Shown: piece after piece, positions 8,849-18,097 of the stretch
Layout: the number at the start of each line of letters is the position of its first letter
How positions within the stretch are numbered: position 1 is the first letter of the stretch
DNA from: a virus
Taxonomy: Duplodnaviria > Heunggongvirae > Uroviricota > Caudoviricetes
IMG/VR virus record: IMGVR_UViG_2537561824_000013
DNA: 39,229 bases
Reading direction: 5' to 3' (one strand)
The notes under the pieces: generated by a model
What the model saw: only the letters and a program-made list of their open reading frames with translations
Database searches by the model: none
What the model was told of the DNA's origin: nothing
Made by a program: the position numbers and the translations under genes

Positions 8849-9999
8849 TTTTTCTTCTCCTTAATCACCGTCGATGTACTGCCATCCGGGTGATAAACCG
8901 TGAGTTTCTGAGTTTTTTGTTTTTTCCCTCTTGTGACTGGCCCCCGTGCCACTTCCAGCTCTGTGGTGTAGCCGCTGTTACGGTCAAACGCATGGCGGGC
9001 AGTGGTTATGAGCCATGGCCCGGATAACTGCCCAAAACCCACCAGTTCAATTTTGTTGCCTGCTGTCAGTTGAGGTGTTCCCGTCAGCGTCAGGGAGCCG
9101 TTCTGCTGGTATTCGTTATGTCTGGCCAGTGCTGAATCCGCTTTAATCCGGGCACTGTCCGGGTCGCTGACGCGGCTGTTAACTTTAAGTGAGTCAGCGC
9201 TGGTAACCTTACCACCTTTGAGCTTTTTGTCGCTTTCACGGGTACCACCATCAGCTTCGTAGACGATCAGTTTTTTACTGCTGCTTTTCTGGTGTTTTAC
9301 CTTTGCAGATTTATAGACCCGGTTGATGGTGTCACGCAGGGAAAAGCGGGCCACATCCTGCGGTTTTAACTGCCTGACCGGCTCCTGACTGCGCAGTGTG
9401 GCCAGATGAGAAAAAATCAGCTGGTCACTGACCACTTTCACTGCATAACCATACTCGCTGGCCAGCCGGCGCAGAAAACCCACGTCGGTTTCAGCATACT
9501 GGGTCACCCGGTCGATTCTGATGGACTCAATGCTGCCCACCAGTTTCAGTCGGTGCTTTCTGGCAATCCGCCCCGCAACAGCTGCCAGCGTGGTGTTCTC
9601 AAAACCACGACTGGTTTTAGTCCGCAGGGCACTGTTAACCGAGGTGGCCACCCCACGGATAGAAACAACGGAAGCGGGCGAACTCACTTCGATCTCGTCT
9701 ATAGAGAACGTACCGCAGGACAGCAGCTTCTCGCCCTGATAGCCCATTTTCAGCGTCAGCGTGTCACCCTTGCCCGGATACCATTTATCCAGCCAGCGGC
9801 CATCGGTGTCGTCCAGCTCCACCTCAATGGTATCGGACTCATTTTTGATGTTATCGCTCCAGGTCACACGGGTGACATAAGGCGCGATATCAGAGGTGAT
9901 GTTTTTCTGCAGATACCACAAAGTGAACACCGGTGTCAGCACATCGCTGACGCCGGTTAACGCTGATGTGACTTGCGCAGTGCTGTTTATCTCAGCCAT
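8845..9999 (-). CDS. Tail/baseplate hub protein (P2 gpD 'late control D' / Mu P-like)
   Basis: 384-aa ORF with ATG at 9999; size matches Mu P (about 379 aa) and it follows gpU-like and gpX-like genes. Confidence 0.7.
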   Translation of the reverse strand: MAEINSTAQVTSALTGVSDVLTPVFTLWYLQKNITSDIAPYVTRVTWSDNIKNESDTIEVELDDTDGRWLDKWYPGKGDTLTLKMGYQGEKLLSCGTFSIDEIEVSSPASVVSIRGVATSVNSALRTKTSRGFENTTLAAVAGRIARKHRLKLVGSIESIRIDRVTQYAETDVGFLRRLASEYGYAVKVVSDQLIFSHLATLRSQEPVRQLKPQDVARFSLRDTINRVYKSAKVKHQKSSSKKLIVYEADGGTRESDKKLKGGKVTSADSLKVNSRVSDPDSARIKADSALARHNEYQQNGSLTLTGTPQLTAGNKIELVGFGQLSGPWLITTARHAFDRNSGYTTELEVARGPVTRGKKQKTQKLTVYHPDGSTSTVIKEKKK

Positions 10000-10199
10000 G
10001 GGGCAATATCCTCTTCTGTACGGGCTTCTTCAGCCTCAATCACCGGGATCAGTAACAACAGCCCGGAGGGCAGCACCGGCGTGATGGCCACGTGCGGATT
10101 GGCGGCAATAATCCGGGGATAGCCCAGCGGGTCACCGTAGTACTGCCATGCCAGCGAATCCCAGCGCTCTCCGTCACGGGTAACATGTTCAAGAAACAT
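9987..10199 (-). CDS. Small tail protein, P2 gpX-like
   Basis: True ATG at complement of 10197-10199 forming an ATGA overlap with the upstream stop; 70-aa product with a W..LA..YYGD motif as in gpX. Confidence 0.5.
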   Translation of the reverse strand: MFLEHVTRDGERWDSLAWQYYGDPLGYPRIIAANPHVAITPVLPSGLLLLIPVIEAEEARTEEDIAPWLR

Positions 10200-11083
10200 C
10201 ACACACTCCTCGTCAGTATTCTGGCGGCCATTGCACTTAATTCCGGAGACATGCGGTTGAATGCTGTGCCGGCGGCGTTAAGCTGCCCGGAAACGGTATC
10301 CAGAGCACCTGCAATATTTCTTTTGTCCACACCACTCAGCGCAGACTGTGCCTGCTGTACATACGTGGCTGCTTCGCTGGCTGTTCTGGCCAGACTGATG
10401 GCATCGGGCATGGATTCAGAGAGTGCGTTAAACGCCGGAACACTTTTCCCCAGAGCCCCGGAGATATTACCCAGTCCGCTCATCAGCCCCGGCACACGGG
10501 TCAGTGCGACAACGGGGTTATCCTTCATTTTCTGTGTCACCCGAACGGCGCTGATAGTGGTCTGGAGTACAGACTGCGCCTGTTTCGCATAGTTGACGCC
10601 GTTGCGGATGAACTGCGCCACCCCTGAAGGTGAAGGTATGGCACCGGAGACCGCCCCGACACCCGGGAGCTTCGTGCGTATTGCCGGTGGTTGCAGAGGA
10701 TTTTTCGGGTCACCGGTGTATTCCCGGAGAGACACGGTGGCACTGACAGCCAGCACGTTGCCGGTACTGTCAGTCTGCTCGCTGGTTGCAGTCACATCGG
10801 TAATCACGAACCAGCCGCGATAGTCACCGTTGCCGAAGACCAGCGCCAGTGCCTGATGGGCTTTCATGGCTGTTCGCAGTCTCGCCAGCTCCACATCGGG
10901 TACACAATAATGCTGATGGAAAACCAGAGTTATCTGGATTTCGTCCAGCCTGTCGCCGACGAACTGCAGGCCAGGCTTACCCCCGATGCGGGCATGCTCC
11001 GCATAATCGACGCCGAACGTGGCCTCGAAGCCGTCCCAGTAGGTAATCAGCTCAAACTCAATATCACCCAGTACGGCAAACAT
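10199..11083 (-). CDS. Tail protein (P2 gpU-like / N-terminal-domain-like of Mu N 'DNA circularization' protein)
   Basis: 294-aa ORF immediately after the tape measure, start overlapping its stop; N-terminus MFAVLGDIEFEL...W resembles the gpU/Mu N family. Confidence 0.55.
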   Translation of the reverse strand: MFAVLGDIEFELITYWDGFEATFGVDYAEHARIGGKPGLQFVGDRLDEIQITLVFHQHYCVPDVELARLRTAMKAHQALALVFGNGDYRGWFVITDVTATSEQTDSTGNVLAVSATVSLREYTGDPKNPLQPPAIRTKLPGVGAVSGAIPSPSGVAQFIRNGVNYAKQAQSVLQTTISAVRVTQKMKDNPVVALTRVPGLMSGLGNISGALGKSVPAFNALSESMPDAISLARTASEAATYVQQAQSALSGVDKRNIAGALDTVSGQLNAAGTAFNRMSPELSAMAARILTRSV

Positions 11084-13773
11084 CAGCGGTACTCCTTACG
11101 TTGTTTCTGAGCCAGCAGACGCTCCAGCATTTTTTCCAGCTCATGCAGACTCATATTCAGGGCACCAGTCAGTCCTGCAGGCGCTGTGGTTTCCCTGCCA
11201 TTGAGGAAAAACTGAGGATTAAAGCTGACCTGGATACCACCAGACGTTCCACCGCCGGTTGCAGCTGCACCACGGCCTGAATATCCGGCAGCCAGGATTT
11301 CAGGCGAGGGGATACGGGGAACATCCGGTGTCATCTCATTTGCCAGACGTTGCCCTGGTAAAATCGATGCCCGGGTGGAGAGCGGAATAGCGGGCATGGA
11401 AGACAAACTATTGATTACGGCTCCGATCGCATTTTTAGCAGACGACATAAACCCATTGATATCGGGCAACGGCATACTGAAGCGAACACCTGAAGTGTTA
11501 TCCCGTATTTCTGGCCCCTGGATGCTCACGGGCATTCTGGGGAGCAGTTCACTGGCCATTCGCTGCCCGGCCAGAGCTGCAAGCGGAGTGGTCCGCTGCA
11601 GGCCAATGGCGGCCCCCTGCGCGATATTGTCACCAAAGCCCATAAACACGCGGCTCGGCGAATGAATGCCCAGCTTTTCGCTGAACCAGCCACTGATGCT
11701 GTCACCCATTCCGGTTACACTGGATTTGAGCGACTCCCATTTGTTTTTGATACCGTTAATCAGACCATCGACAAGATGGCCACCGAAGTCGGTAAACTTT
11801 GCCGGCAGATCAACACCAAGATATTTCAGCGCAGCTGCAAAGGCTTTATAGAGCAGGCCTGCCGGCGACCAGTTAATCAGTAACTTACCAATTCCCACAA
11901 TGCCGCCGTTAAAGGCTTCCTGAATGTCTGCCCAGCGCTGTTTAAACCAGCCACTGACTGCCCCCCAGTTGCGGTAGATAAGGTAAGCTGCTGCCGCGAC
12001 AGCGGTGATAACGAGACCGATGGGATTCATCATCAGCGCACGTCCAATCCAGAGAACAGCACGTCCGGCGAGCATAATTCCGCGAACCAGCCCCCCGGAG
12101 AGCACGCCACTCAGTGTTCTGGCTCCTCTGGCGACGGCGCTAAATCCGGTCACCAGCCAGCGGAGCTTACCGCCTTGCCCCAGTGCGAGCGACAGACGAA
12201 GCCAGTTGGCCCGAAGTAAAACAGCATTTTTCCAGACACTTACAAAGGGGGAAATAAGGAGATTCAGCCCCAGTTTGAGACCAACAGTCGCTATCTTAAT
12301 CGCAAGGAGCGCACTGATGAGCTTAAAAGCCCCACTGACAAATTGCGGGTGAGTCGCTACCCAGTGTTTTGCCCCCTGAATGAGTGGAAGCAGTTCCTGA
12401 GTCAAAGAAATAAAAGATGGAGCTAATTGATCGCCCAGCGTAATTGCCAGATCGCGACTGCTGACCATAAGTGTTTTAGTGGCTTCAAGGGGAGATTTCA
12501 GCCGCTGATCATAAGCACTGGCAAGCAAATCGTTATCCGCAGCCCTGAGAGCACCGGCACGGATCTCTCGATATCTGTCCATGTTGGCCAGCATCGGGCG
12601 GATAAATGCCATGACCTGCATATCCGCGAACATATCGCCCAGACCAAAGTTTTTCGCCAGAGCCTGAAGTGCCTCATCTCTTGCCGTATCATTCTTTATT
12701 TTCATGGCTGATTTGAAGCCGGCCAGCGCTTCGGGGCTTTTGGCATTGAGGTAACGTTCTATAACACTCAACATCCCTTCAATCGGAGAGATCCCCGCAG
12801 CTTTATAACTCGCAATAGATCCCTGCAAATCAATACCCAGATCAGCAAACTGTTTCTGAGTATCGCGGGCAAAAATTTTGGTAAGAAAGTTTTTAAAATT
12901 ATTGGCTGCTTCGTCGGTGGAACCTGCACCGATTTTTGCTATCTGGAGACTGGCCCCGATTTCAGCAACAGCCTCTTTTCCACTGGCAATACCCGCCATC
13001 ATTGGGGCCAGGGACTGCATCCACTTGACCTGATCCGGGATTTCAAATGACCCCTGGTCACCGGCATAAGCCATAATATTCTGAACGGCACCAAAATCTC
13101 TGGCCGCACCTTTCAGGGAGTTTTGCCAGACTGCGGCCACTTTTGCCCAGTCCTGAGCAGACGTGCGTGTTGCCGTTGCCGCGCGGGCAATATCCGGCAT
13201 CAGAAAACCGATATCTGACACATTATCAATATTGTCGCTGATGAGTGAACCCACCGCCTCCTGCAGCTCATCCTGATACTGATTGTATTTAAGCGCCCAG
13301 CCTTTTATCTGTCCGGCAAGTCCATCCCGCGTTTTATTGTCATATTTTGCGGTGATCGACATATCAATCATTTTGTCCTGAAAAGACATGGACTGCTGAA
13401 CGGCAGGGGAAACCGTATGATAAACAGTCTGTGCCATGCCATACGCTTCAATCCCCTGACCATACAGCGCCATGCGGTTAGCTTTCAGCGCATCACTGGT
13501 AGCGGATGCCGCTGACAGACGGCGCTGCTGGCGCTCAATTTGCTCCATGGTGCGGCTTACCCGCAGCAGCTCGCTGTTGAGATGCTGCATCCGGGAAGAA
13601 CCCAGTTGACCATAACGTTCTGTTGCACGGGTTAAAGCGTTCTGACGTTCCTGCAGGCGGCGTGAGGTATCGCTCAGGGAATCAAGCGCACGGCGGGTAC
13701 CGCTCATTGCAGAACGGAATGTGCTACCAATCATCCCGCCGATAACAACGCCGACTGAAAACTGTCCCGACAT
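11083..13773 (-). CDS. Tail tape measure protein
   Basis: 896-aa ORF with ATG at 13773; long Ala/Gly/Leu-rich, alpha-helical-looking protein with hydrophobic central segments, located after the tail chaperone genes. Confidence 0.85.
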   Translation of the reverse strand: MSGQFSVGVVIGGMIGSTFRSAMSGTRRALDSLSDTSRRLQERQNALTRATERYGQLGSSRMQHLNSELLRVSRTMEQIERQQRRLSAASATSDALKANRMALYGQGIEAYGMAQTVYHTVSPAVQQSMSFQDKMIDMSITAKYDNKTRDGLAGQIKGWALKYNQYQDELQEAVGSLISDNIDNVSDIGFLMPDIARAATATRTSAQDWAKVAAVWQNSLKGAARDFGAVQNIMAYAGDQGSFEIPDQVKWMQSLAPMMAGIASGKEAVAEIGASLQIAKIGAGSTDEAANNFKNFLTKIFARDTQKQFADLGIDLQGSIASYKAAGISPIEGMLSVIERYLNAKSPEALAGFKSAMKIKNDTARDEALQALAKNFGLGDMFADMQVMAFIRPMLANMDRYREIRAGALRAADNDLLASAYDQRLKSPLEATKTLMVSSRDLAITLGDQLAPSFISLTQELLPLIQGAKHWVATHPQFVSGAFKLISALLAIKIATVGLKLGLNLLISPFVSVWKNAVLLRANWLRLSLALGQGGKLRWLVTGFSAVARGARTLSGVLSGGLVRGIMLAGRAVLWIGRALMMNPIGLVITAVAAAAYLIYRNWGAVSGWFKQRWADIQEAFNGGIVGIGKLLINWSPAGLLYKAFAAALKYLGVDLPAKFTDFGGHLVDGLINGIKNKWESLKSSVTGMGDSISGWFSEKLGIHSPSRVFMGFGDNIAQGAAIGLQRTTPLAALAGQRMASELLPRMPVSIQGPEIRDNTSGVRFSMPLPDINGFMSSAKNAIGAVINSLSSMPAIPLSTRASILPGQRLANEMTPDVPRIPSPEILAAGYSGRGAAATGGGTSGGIQVSFNPQFFLNGRETTAPAGLTGALNMSLHELEKMLERLLAQKQRKEYR

Positions 13774-13848
13774 AGTGGTTAACCTCCGGGGAAGGTGAAA
13801 AGACGTGAGGGGATAACGCAGAACAGCCGCTACTGGCGGCTGTCTGTA

Positions 13849-14266
13849 CTATGATTTGTCGCCGTACTCGCTTTTTATTTGCTCTTCAGCCTGCTCCAGC
13901 CACATCTCCAGATCGTCAGTATCGAGGGCATCAATCTCCCCCGGCTGAAACCGGAACCATCTCGCCAGCAGCCCCTGCGCCTGCGTCAGCGCCCTAGTTG
14001 CTCTCACCCATCCCCGTGATGAGCTGAAATCGTTTCTGTAACTGCAGGTAATCAGCCAGATCCATATTGTCGAGATCTTCCGGGAGAAGACCAGTACTGC
14101 GGGCAATCAGCGGTTCGTCCCAGTCTGCCGGGTTTTTGCTGATTTTGCGCACCTGCTTCAGGTCTTTTACCGTCAGGCGTTTCAGTTCAACCTGCTCAAT
14201 TCTGGTGCCTGCAGCAGTGGTGAAGGGATAAGACAATTTAAAAGTATCGGATGGGGTCTGTGACAT
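13849..14266 (-). CDS. Tail assembly chaperone pair (gpE-like 90-aa product plus candidate frameshift-extended E+E'-like product)
   Basis: ATG at 14266 with AGGAG upstream; a second ORF (13849-14106) overlaps the 3' third in another frame, the usual geometry for a programmed frameshift before the tape measure; no slippery heptamer identified. Confidence 0.5.
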
Positions 14267-14342
14267 GATTGTGCTCCTGTGTAAGTTCAGGGCAGTATGT
14301 CGGGAGAAGCGCGTGACGGATATTAAAGGAGATTAAGAAGAA

Positions 14343-14356
14343 GGGGCCGGAGCCCC
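14343..14356 (-). terminator. Candidate intrinsic terminator on the late strand between the tube and chaperone genes
   Basis: GGGGCCGGAGCCCC gives a 5-bp GC stem with a 4-nt loop, followed on the minus strand by TTCTTCTTAATCTCCTTT. Confidence 0.4.
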
Positions 14357-14648
14357 TGTGATGTCAGCAAGTGCGAAACCCCTTGCAGTTACGCAGGAAA
14401 GCGATGAGAAGCGTCTTTCCCTCAGATTTGCCGGTGCCGGAGAACCAGTGGTCGGGAGGCTCCCATGCTTCAATCAAATCCGCCAGTTTGCGGGCCTTTG
14501 AACGTGTGCAGTCAATCGGGTCATTGGTTTTACGGGTATTAAAAAGGGTTTCCACCCCCCGGAATATCAAGGAGGGTAAACCACGTACCATTTGACATGC
14601 CCAGTGCCGCACATCGTCTTCCTTTATCCGTCAGTTCAACACTCATCG

Positions 14649-15170
14649 TCAGCCCCCGATATTGATACGGTAGTCAGTCAGTTGATCAACACCGCCGACC
14701 CGGAAGATGTTGGCCAGATAGTCCAGTTGCAGCAGCTCTTCACCATCCAGTACCTGTCTGATATACGTGCAGGTGAAGCTACTGGAGAACTCGGCGTTCT
14801 CGTGCTGTTTGAACGTCCCCAGAGGGTTCTTCTTGAACATAATCGTCAGGAAGGTGACCAGCGGGATTTCGTCAATCAGCCCCTGCGAGCTGTAGCGCTG
14901 GACGCTGGAACGACACTGCAGTGCCAGCGACCTGTACGGGTTAGCGGCAGACAGCATCGCATCGCGGTAAAAGCTGTTCCATTTGATTTCGCCTTCCAGT
15001 TTGTCAAAACCAGCCGGGAGTTCCACCTTACCCACCATCCCCAGCGCCTTGTGTTCCTGCATAATCATGGAGACATCGGGGAGTTTAACTTCCTCAGCCC
15101 GTCCCAGCAGGTTAGTACCATCCAGATAGATGTTGGCATTCGTGATGCGGTTTATCTCAATCTTTGACAT
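14649..15170 (-). CDS. Tail tube protein (Mu M / P2 FII-like)
   Basis: 173-aa ORF with ATG at 15170, immediately after the sheath gene. Confidence 0.75.
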   Translation of the reverse strand: MSKIEINRITNANIYLDGTNLLGRAEEVKLPDVSMIMQEHKALGMVGKVELPAGFDKLEGEIKWNSFYRDAMLSAANPYRSLALQCRSSVQRYSSQGLIDEIPLVTFLTIMFKKNPLGTFKQHENAEFSSSFTCTYIRQVLDGEELLQLDYLANIFRVGGVDQLTDYRINIGG

Positions 15171-16597
15171 CAGTTGCCCCCTTTCAGGGTTAACAGGTAT
15201 TCCGAGGTGATCTCAGTCTCAAACGTCAGTCGCTCCAGCGGCGGTGGTGGCGTATATTTGTAGCTCAGCAACAGGTGCCCGGCGGCCAGCTCCGTCTCCG
15301 GATTGCGGGCCGGATCAAACCAGCAACGGAAGCCCAGTACCGCACCATCACCAGTCATTTTGCGACCGTAGGCGTTGACCGACTCCGTCAGTGCATCAAT
15401 CAGCGCCTGAGTAATCGGCATGTCGATGTACTGCTGGCTGAAATAACGAATGGACTCGTTGATCACATCACCGGTGCGGCGAACGTTCTCAAAGTTACGC
15501 ATATGGGTGACCGTTGGCCATGCTGCCGTCCGGTTACCCCACAGACGAAGGCCGCTGCCGTAACTGCTGAATACCGTGGTGATCCCCTGTTCGTTAAGCA
15601 GGTTTACCTCACTCTGCGGGTCATCAATCATCGCGGACAGCTGGCGCTCCACGCCGGTGATCCCCAGAATCTCCTGATTGGAGGATGACCACCAGTAGCC
15701 CTTGTCCAGATCGACTCTGGCACGCAGACCTGCTGCACGCTGGCTGAGCGGCTCCAGACGCTCTGTGTTTGTCACCGGGTCATATACCTTCACATGCGGA
15801 TAGCACAGACGGACGCGGTCGGAGCTGGTATTGAAGTTGATGGTGCCTTCCGGGCCACGACCTGCCAGAGCCTGTGCAAAGGTGGTACCGACAGGCGCAT
15901 CAATGTAGGTTACCGCGCCCAGCTTCTCTGCCATGGCGATAAGCTCAACTGCGACACTCTTCTGGGTGCAGAACACCGGCGCAATCAGAATTTTGGCGAA
16001 ATAGCCGTACAGGTTGAAGCTGTCGTTAAGCAGCTTCATGCCGGTTCGGTTTCCGGCGCTGTTCACCCCGCCGATGATGTCCGCCGCAGTCACCTTCGAC
16101 GGGTCCGCGTACTCATAGCTCACCTTCACGCTGCCACCGGCCTCAATAGCCTTGCCCAGGTTCGTGAGCACACCCGCCTGCGCATCAACACGGTAGTCCG
16201 TGTTCGCCGTGTGGGTGGTGCTGCCTTCACTGTTTTTCACCACCACATTAGCGACAACCGGATGCGCCAGTCTGGCCTGCCCTGTCGATTTGTCAAAGGT
16301 AACCACCTCATCCTCGATCGCCGTTTTATGTTTCGCCGGGTCGAGGACGTTAATGACCAGAACGGTGCCTGCACCATGGTCATAAATCGCATCCAGCGCC
16401 TGCGGAATGGTAAAGCCGGTGAACTGGCTGCCAAATGCCGCTGCGTCTTTCTCAGACAGGCACTGTACCAGCGTATTGACATCCCCCATCGGGGCGGTAC
16501 CAATCAGGCCAATAACGGCAGATTTCACCGTTTTAACCGGGCGGGCTCCGTTTTCCACCTCAATGGTTTCGGGACCATGCAGATAGTTAGCTGCCAT
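15170..16597 (-). CDS. Contractile tail sheath protein (Mu L / P2 FI-like)
   Basis: 475-aa ORF with ATG at 16597; size and position characteristic. Confidence 0.85.
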   Translation of the reverse strand: MAANYLHGPETIEVENGARPVKTVKSAVIGLIGTAPMGDVNTLVQCLSEKDAAAFGSQFTGFTIPQALDAIYDHGAGTVLVINVLDPAKHKTAIEDEVVTFDKSTGQARLAHPVVANVVVKNSEGSTTHTANTDYRVDAQAGVLTNLGKAIEAGGSVKVSYEYADPSKVTAADIIGGVNSAGNRTGMKLLNDSFNLYGYFAKILIAPVFCTQKSVAVELIAMAEKLGAVTYIDAPVGTTFAQALAGRGPEGTINFNTSSDRVRLCYPHVKVYDPVTNTERLEPLSQRAAGLRARVDLDKGYWWSSSNQEILGITGVERQLSAMIDDPQSEVNLLNEQGITTVFSSYGSGLRLWGNRTAAWPTVTHMRNFENVRRTGDVINESIRYFSQQYIDMPITQALIDALTESVNAYGRKMTGDGAVLGFRCWFDPARNPETELAAGHLLLSYKYTPPPPLERLTFETEITSEYLLTLKGGN

Positions 16598-16841
16598 GGG
16601 CGTCCTCCGTTTTCACTTCGCTGTCACTGCTGCTTCTGCGCTTTGGTGACTGCACAGCCGGTGTGACGGCGGGGTTAGTATCTTCTGGTACCGGCGTCAG
16701 ATGCTTCAGCGCCACCAGTACCTTCACGTAGTCATGCTCCTCCGGCAGGGAAACCGCCTTCCCCGGCCAGAGCAGGATTTCGGTTCCGTCCGACAGCGTG
16801 ACGCCGCTGGCCGGGCCGGAATAGCGGTATGCTTTCATCAC
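16587..16841 (-). CDS. Hypothetical phage protein (Mu gp38 position)
   Basis: 84-aa ORF overlapping both neighbours in the head-to-tail joining region. Confidence 0.45.
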   Translation of the reverse strand: MMKAYRYSGPASGVTLSDGTEILLWPGKAVSLPEEHDYVKVLVALKHLTPVPEDTNPAVTPAVQSPKRRSSSDSEVKTEDAHGS

Positions 16842-17302
16842 TCGCTTTCCTCATAGTTCACTTCGGTTAACAGCGGGCCGGACGGTAAATCGCTGTCTTC
16901 GATAAAGATGCTTTCAGTCGCGAAGTCGAGGGCGTATTGCCACAGCCCCCTGACTTCACCGATAAACACCTCGCGGGTCAGCCAGATACGGCGGCGGCAG
17001 CCGGGCGGGGTGTGGCCACCGAGAATGCGGCGGACAGCATCCAGGACATTAATCGCCCCTTTTTTACCGTTGAGCTGGCGGAAGACCACCGTGACGCAGA
17101 GCTGGATAGTCTGAGACTGGATCACCGCACCGGTATCATCCGGCCTGTCAAAGCGCGAACCGGCATAGCTCAGCAGCAACGCGCCAACCGGATGGTTCAG
17201 GCGATATTCAGCCGGTTTCTCCGGGAAGTACTCCACCTGCAGTTGCGGCAGCTTCTCGCGTAACCGGGCCAGTACCGCATCAAGGACGGGCAGAACGTTC
17301 AT
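16838..17302 (-). CDS. Head-tail joining protein (Mu gp37-like)
   Basis: 154-aa ORF in synteny between the head and sheath genes. Confidence 0.55.
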   Translation of the reverse strand: MNVLPVLDAVLARLREKLPQLQVEYFPEKPAEYRLNHPVGALLLSYAGSRFDRPDDTGAVIQSQTIQLCVTVVFRQLNGKKGAINVLDAVRRILGGHTPPGCRRRIWLTREVFIGEVRGLWQYALDFATESIFIEDSDLPSGPLLTEVNYEESE

Positions 17303-17748
17303 CAGTATTTCTCCAGTAAACCGTCACGACCGCCGAAAGTGGCCGGGCGACTGCGTACACGAAACTCGCCAGGCTCAGGCACATCTTTCTGAGTGGACGG
17401 CAGCCCCAGCGTGAGCCTGTTATCACGTAACTCCCTGAGTTGCCGCAGCGCTTCTTTGTGGTCATCCTTCACCGTATCCGGGAGGTCACCTTCCGGGCGG
17501 CGGGCGTAGAGCCGGTAACGGACCAGCGTGATGGCAATGTCCCGCAGAACAGTCGGTATCTCTGCCAGTGGCAGGATATAGCGTCCGCGCAGATGGGCAT
17601 CAATCAGCTCGTCGGCATAGCGGATACAGCTGTCCACCACACGGGTATTCACTGTTGCAGGCGAGTCGAAGTCCATCTCTTCACTGGTGAGCTCGATAAG
17701 CGTCCGCTCCGGCACCTGCGCAAGCAAATCCTCCAGGGTGCAGTACAT
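17302..17748 (-). CDS. Head-tail connector/completion protein (Mu gp36-like)
   Basis: True ATG at complement of 17746-17748, directly after the upstream TGA; product starts MYCTLEDLLAQ; the 202-aa track ORF is an over-extension. Confidence 0.55.
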   Translation of the reverse strand: MYCTLEDLLAQVPERTLIELTSEEMDFDSPATVNTRVVDSCIRYADELIDAHLRGRYILPLAEIPTVLRDIAITLVRYRLYARRPEGDLPDTVKDDHKEALRQLRELRDNRLTLGLPSTQKDVPEPGEFRVRSRPATFGGRDGLLEKY

Positions 17749-17749
17749 G

Positions 17750-18088
17750 TCACACCCCGCGCAGGATACGAATGACGTCGCCTTCACCCCCGGCTTCATC
17801 AAGTGCAATACCACAGGATTTACCGTCGCCGGACTGCGGCACGGCTCTGGCCTGAGCATCTGACTGAACAGCCACACCACGGCTGACAGCGGCCCCGGCC
17901 TCGACAGCAATAATGCCCAGAACGCTCACCGGCGTGCTGTCGCCGGTAACAGCATCCACTTCGGCAACCCCGAGCGCTGCGGCACCGGCTTTACAGGGGG
18001 TATTATCTGCCCCGACAAAACGCTGCTGTGCCAGTGCTGCCCCTGCCGTTACGGTTGTGATCAGAATGACCTGCTGAGTGGTTCCCAT
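17750..18088 (-). CDS. Hypothetical Gly/Ala-rich head protein
   Basis: ATG at 18088 preceded by TAAGGAGG; 112 aa; sits directly after the major head gene. Confidence 0.55.
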   Translation of the reverse strand: MGTTQQVILITTVTAGAALAQQRFVGADNTPCKAGAAALGVAEVDAVTGDSTPVSVLGIIAVEAGAAVSRGVAVQSDAQARAVPQSGDGKSCGIALDEAGGEGDVIRILRGV

Positions 18089-18097
18089 AACGCCTCC

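Noticed and set aside
11375-12711. Several 60-115-aa ORFs on the plus strand inside the tape measure gene
   Set aside because: All are antisense or out-of-frame within a long, clearly coding region; GC-rich sequence commonly gives long spurious frames
14371-14595. 74-aa plus-strand ORF in the tube-chaperone gap
   Set aside because: It is antisense to the late operon, has no RBS and overlaps the candidate minus-strand ORF; kept only as part of the gap finding
15794-16666. 290-aa plus-strand ORF opposite the tail sheath gene
   Set aside because: It begins with a non-ATG codon, has a Cys/Arg/His-rich low-complexity product and lies entirely antisense to the well-supported sheath gene
17302-17910. 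202-aa version of the Mu gp36-like ORF
   Set aside because: It overlaps the preceding gene by about 160 nt; an ATG directly after that gene's TGA at 17748 gives a 148-aa product
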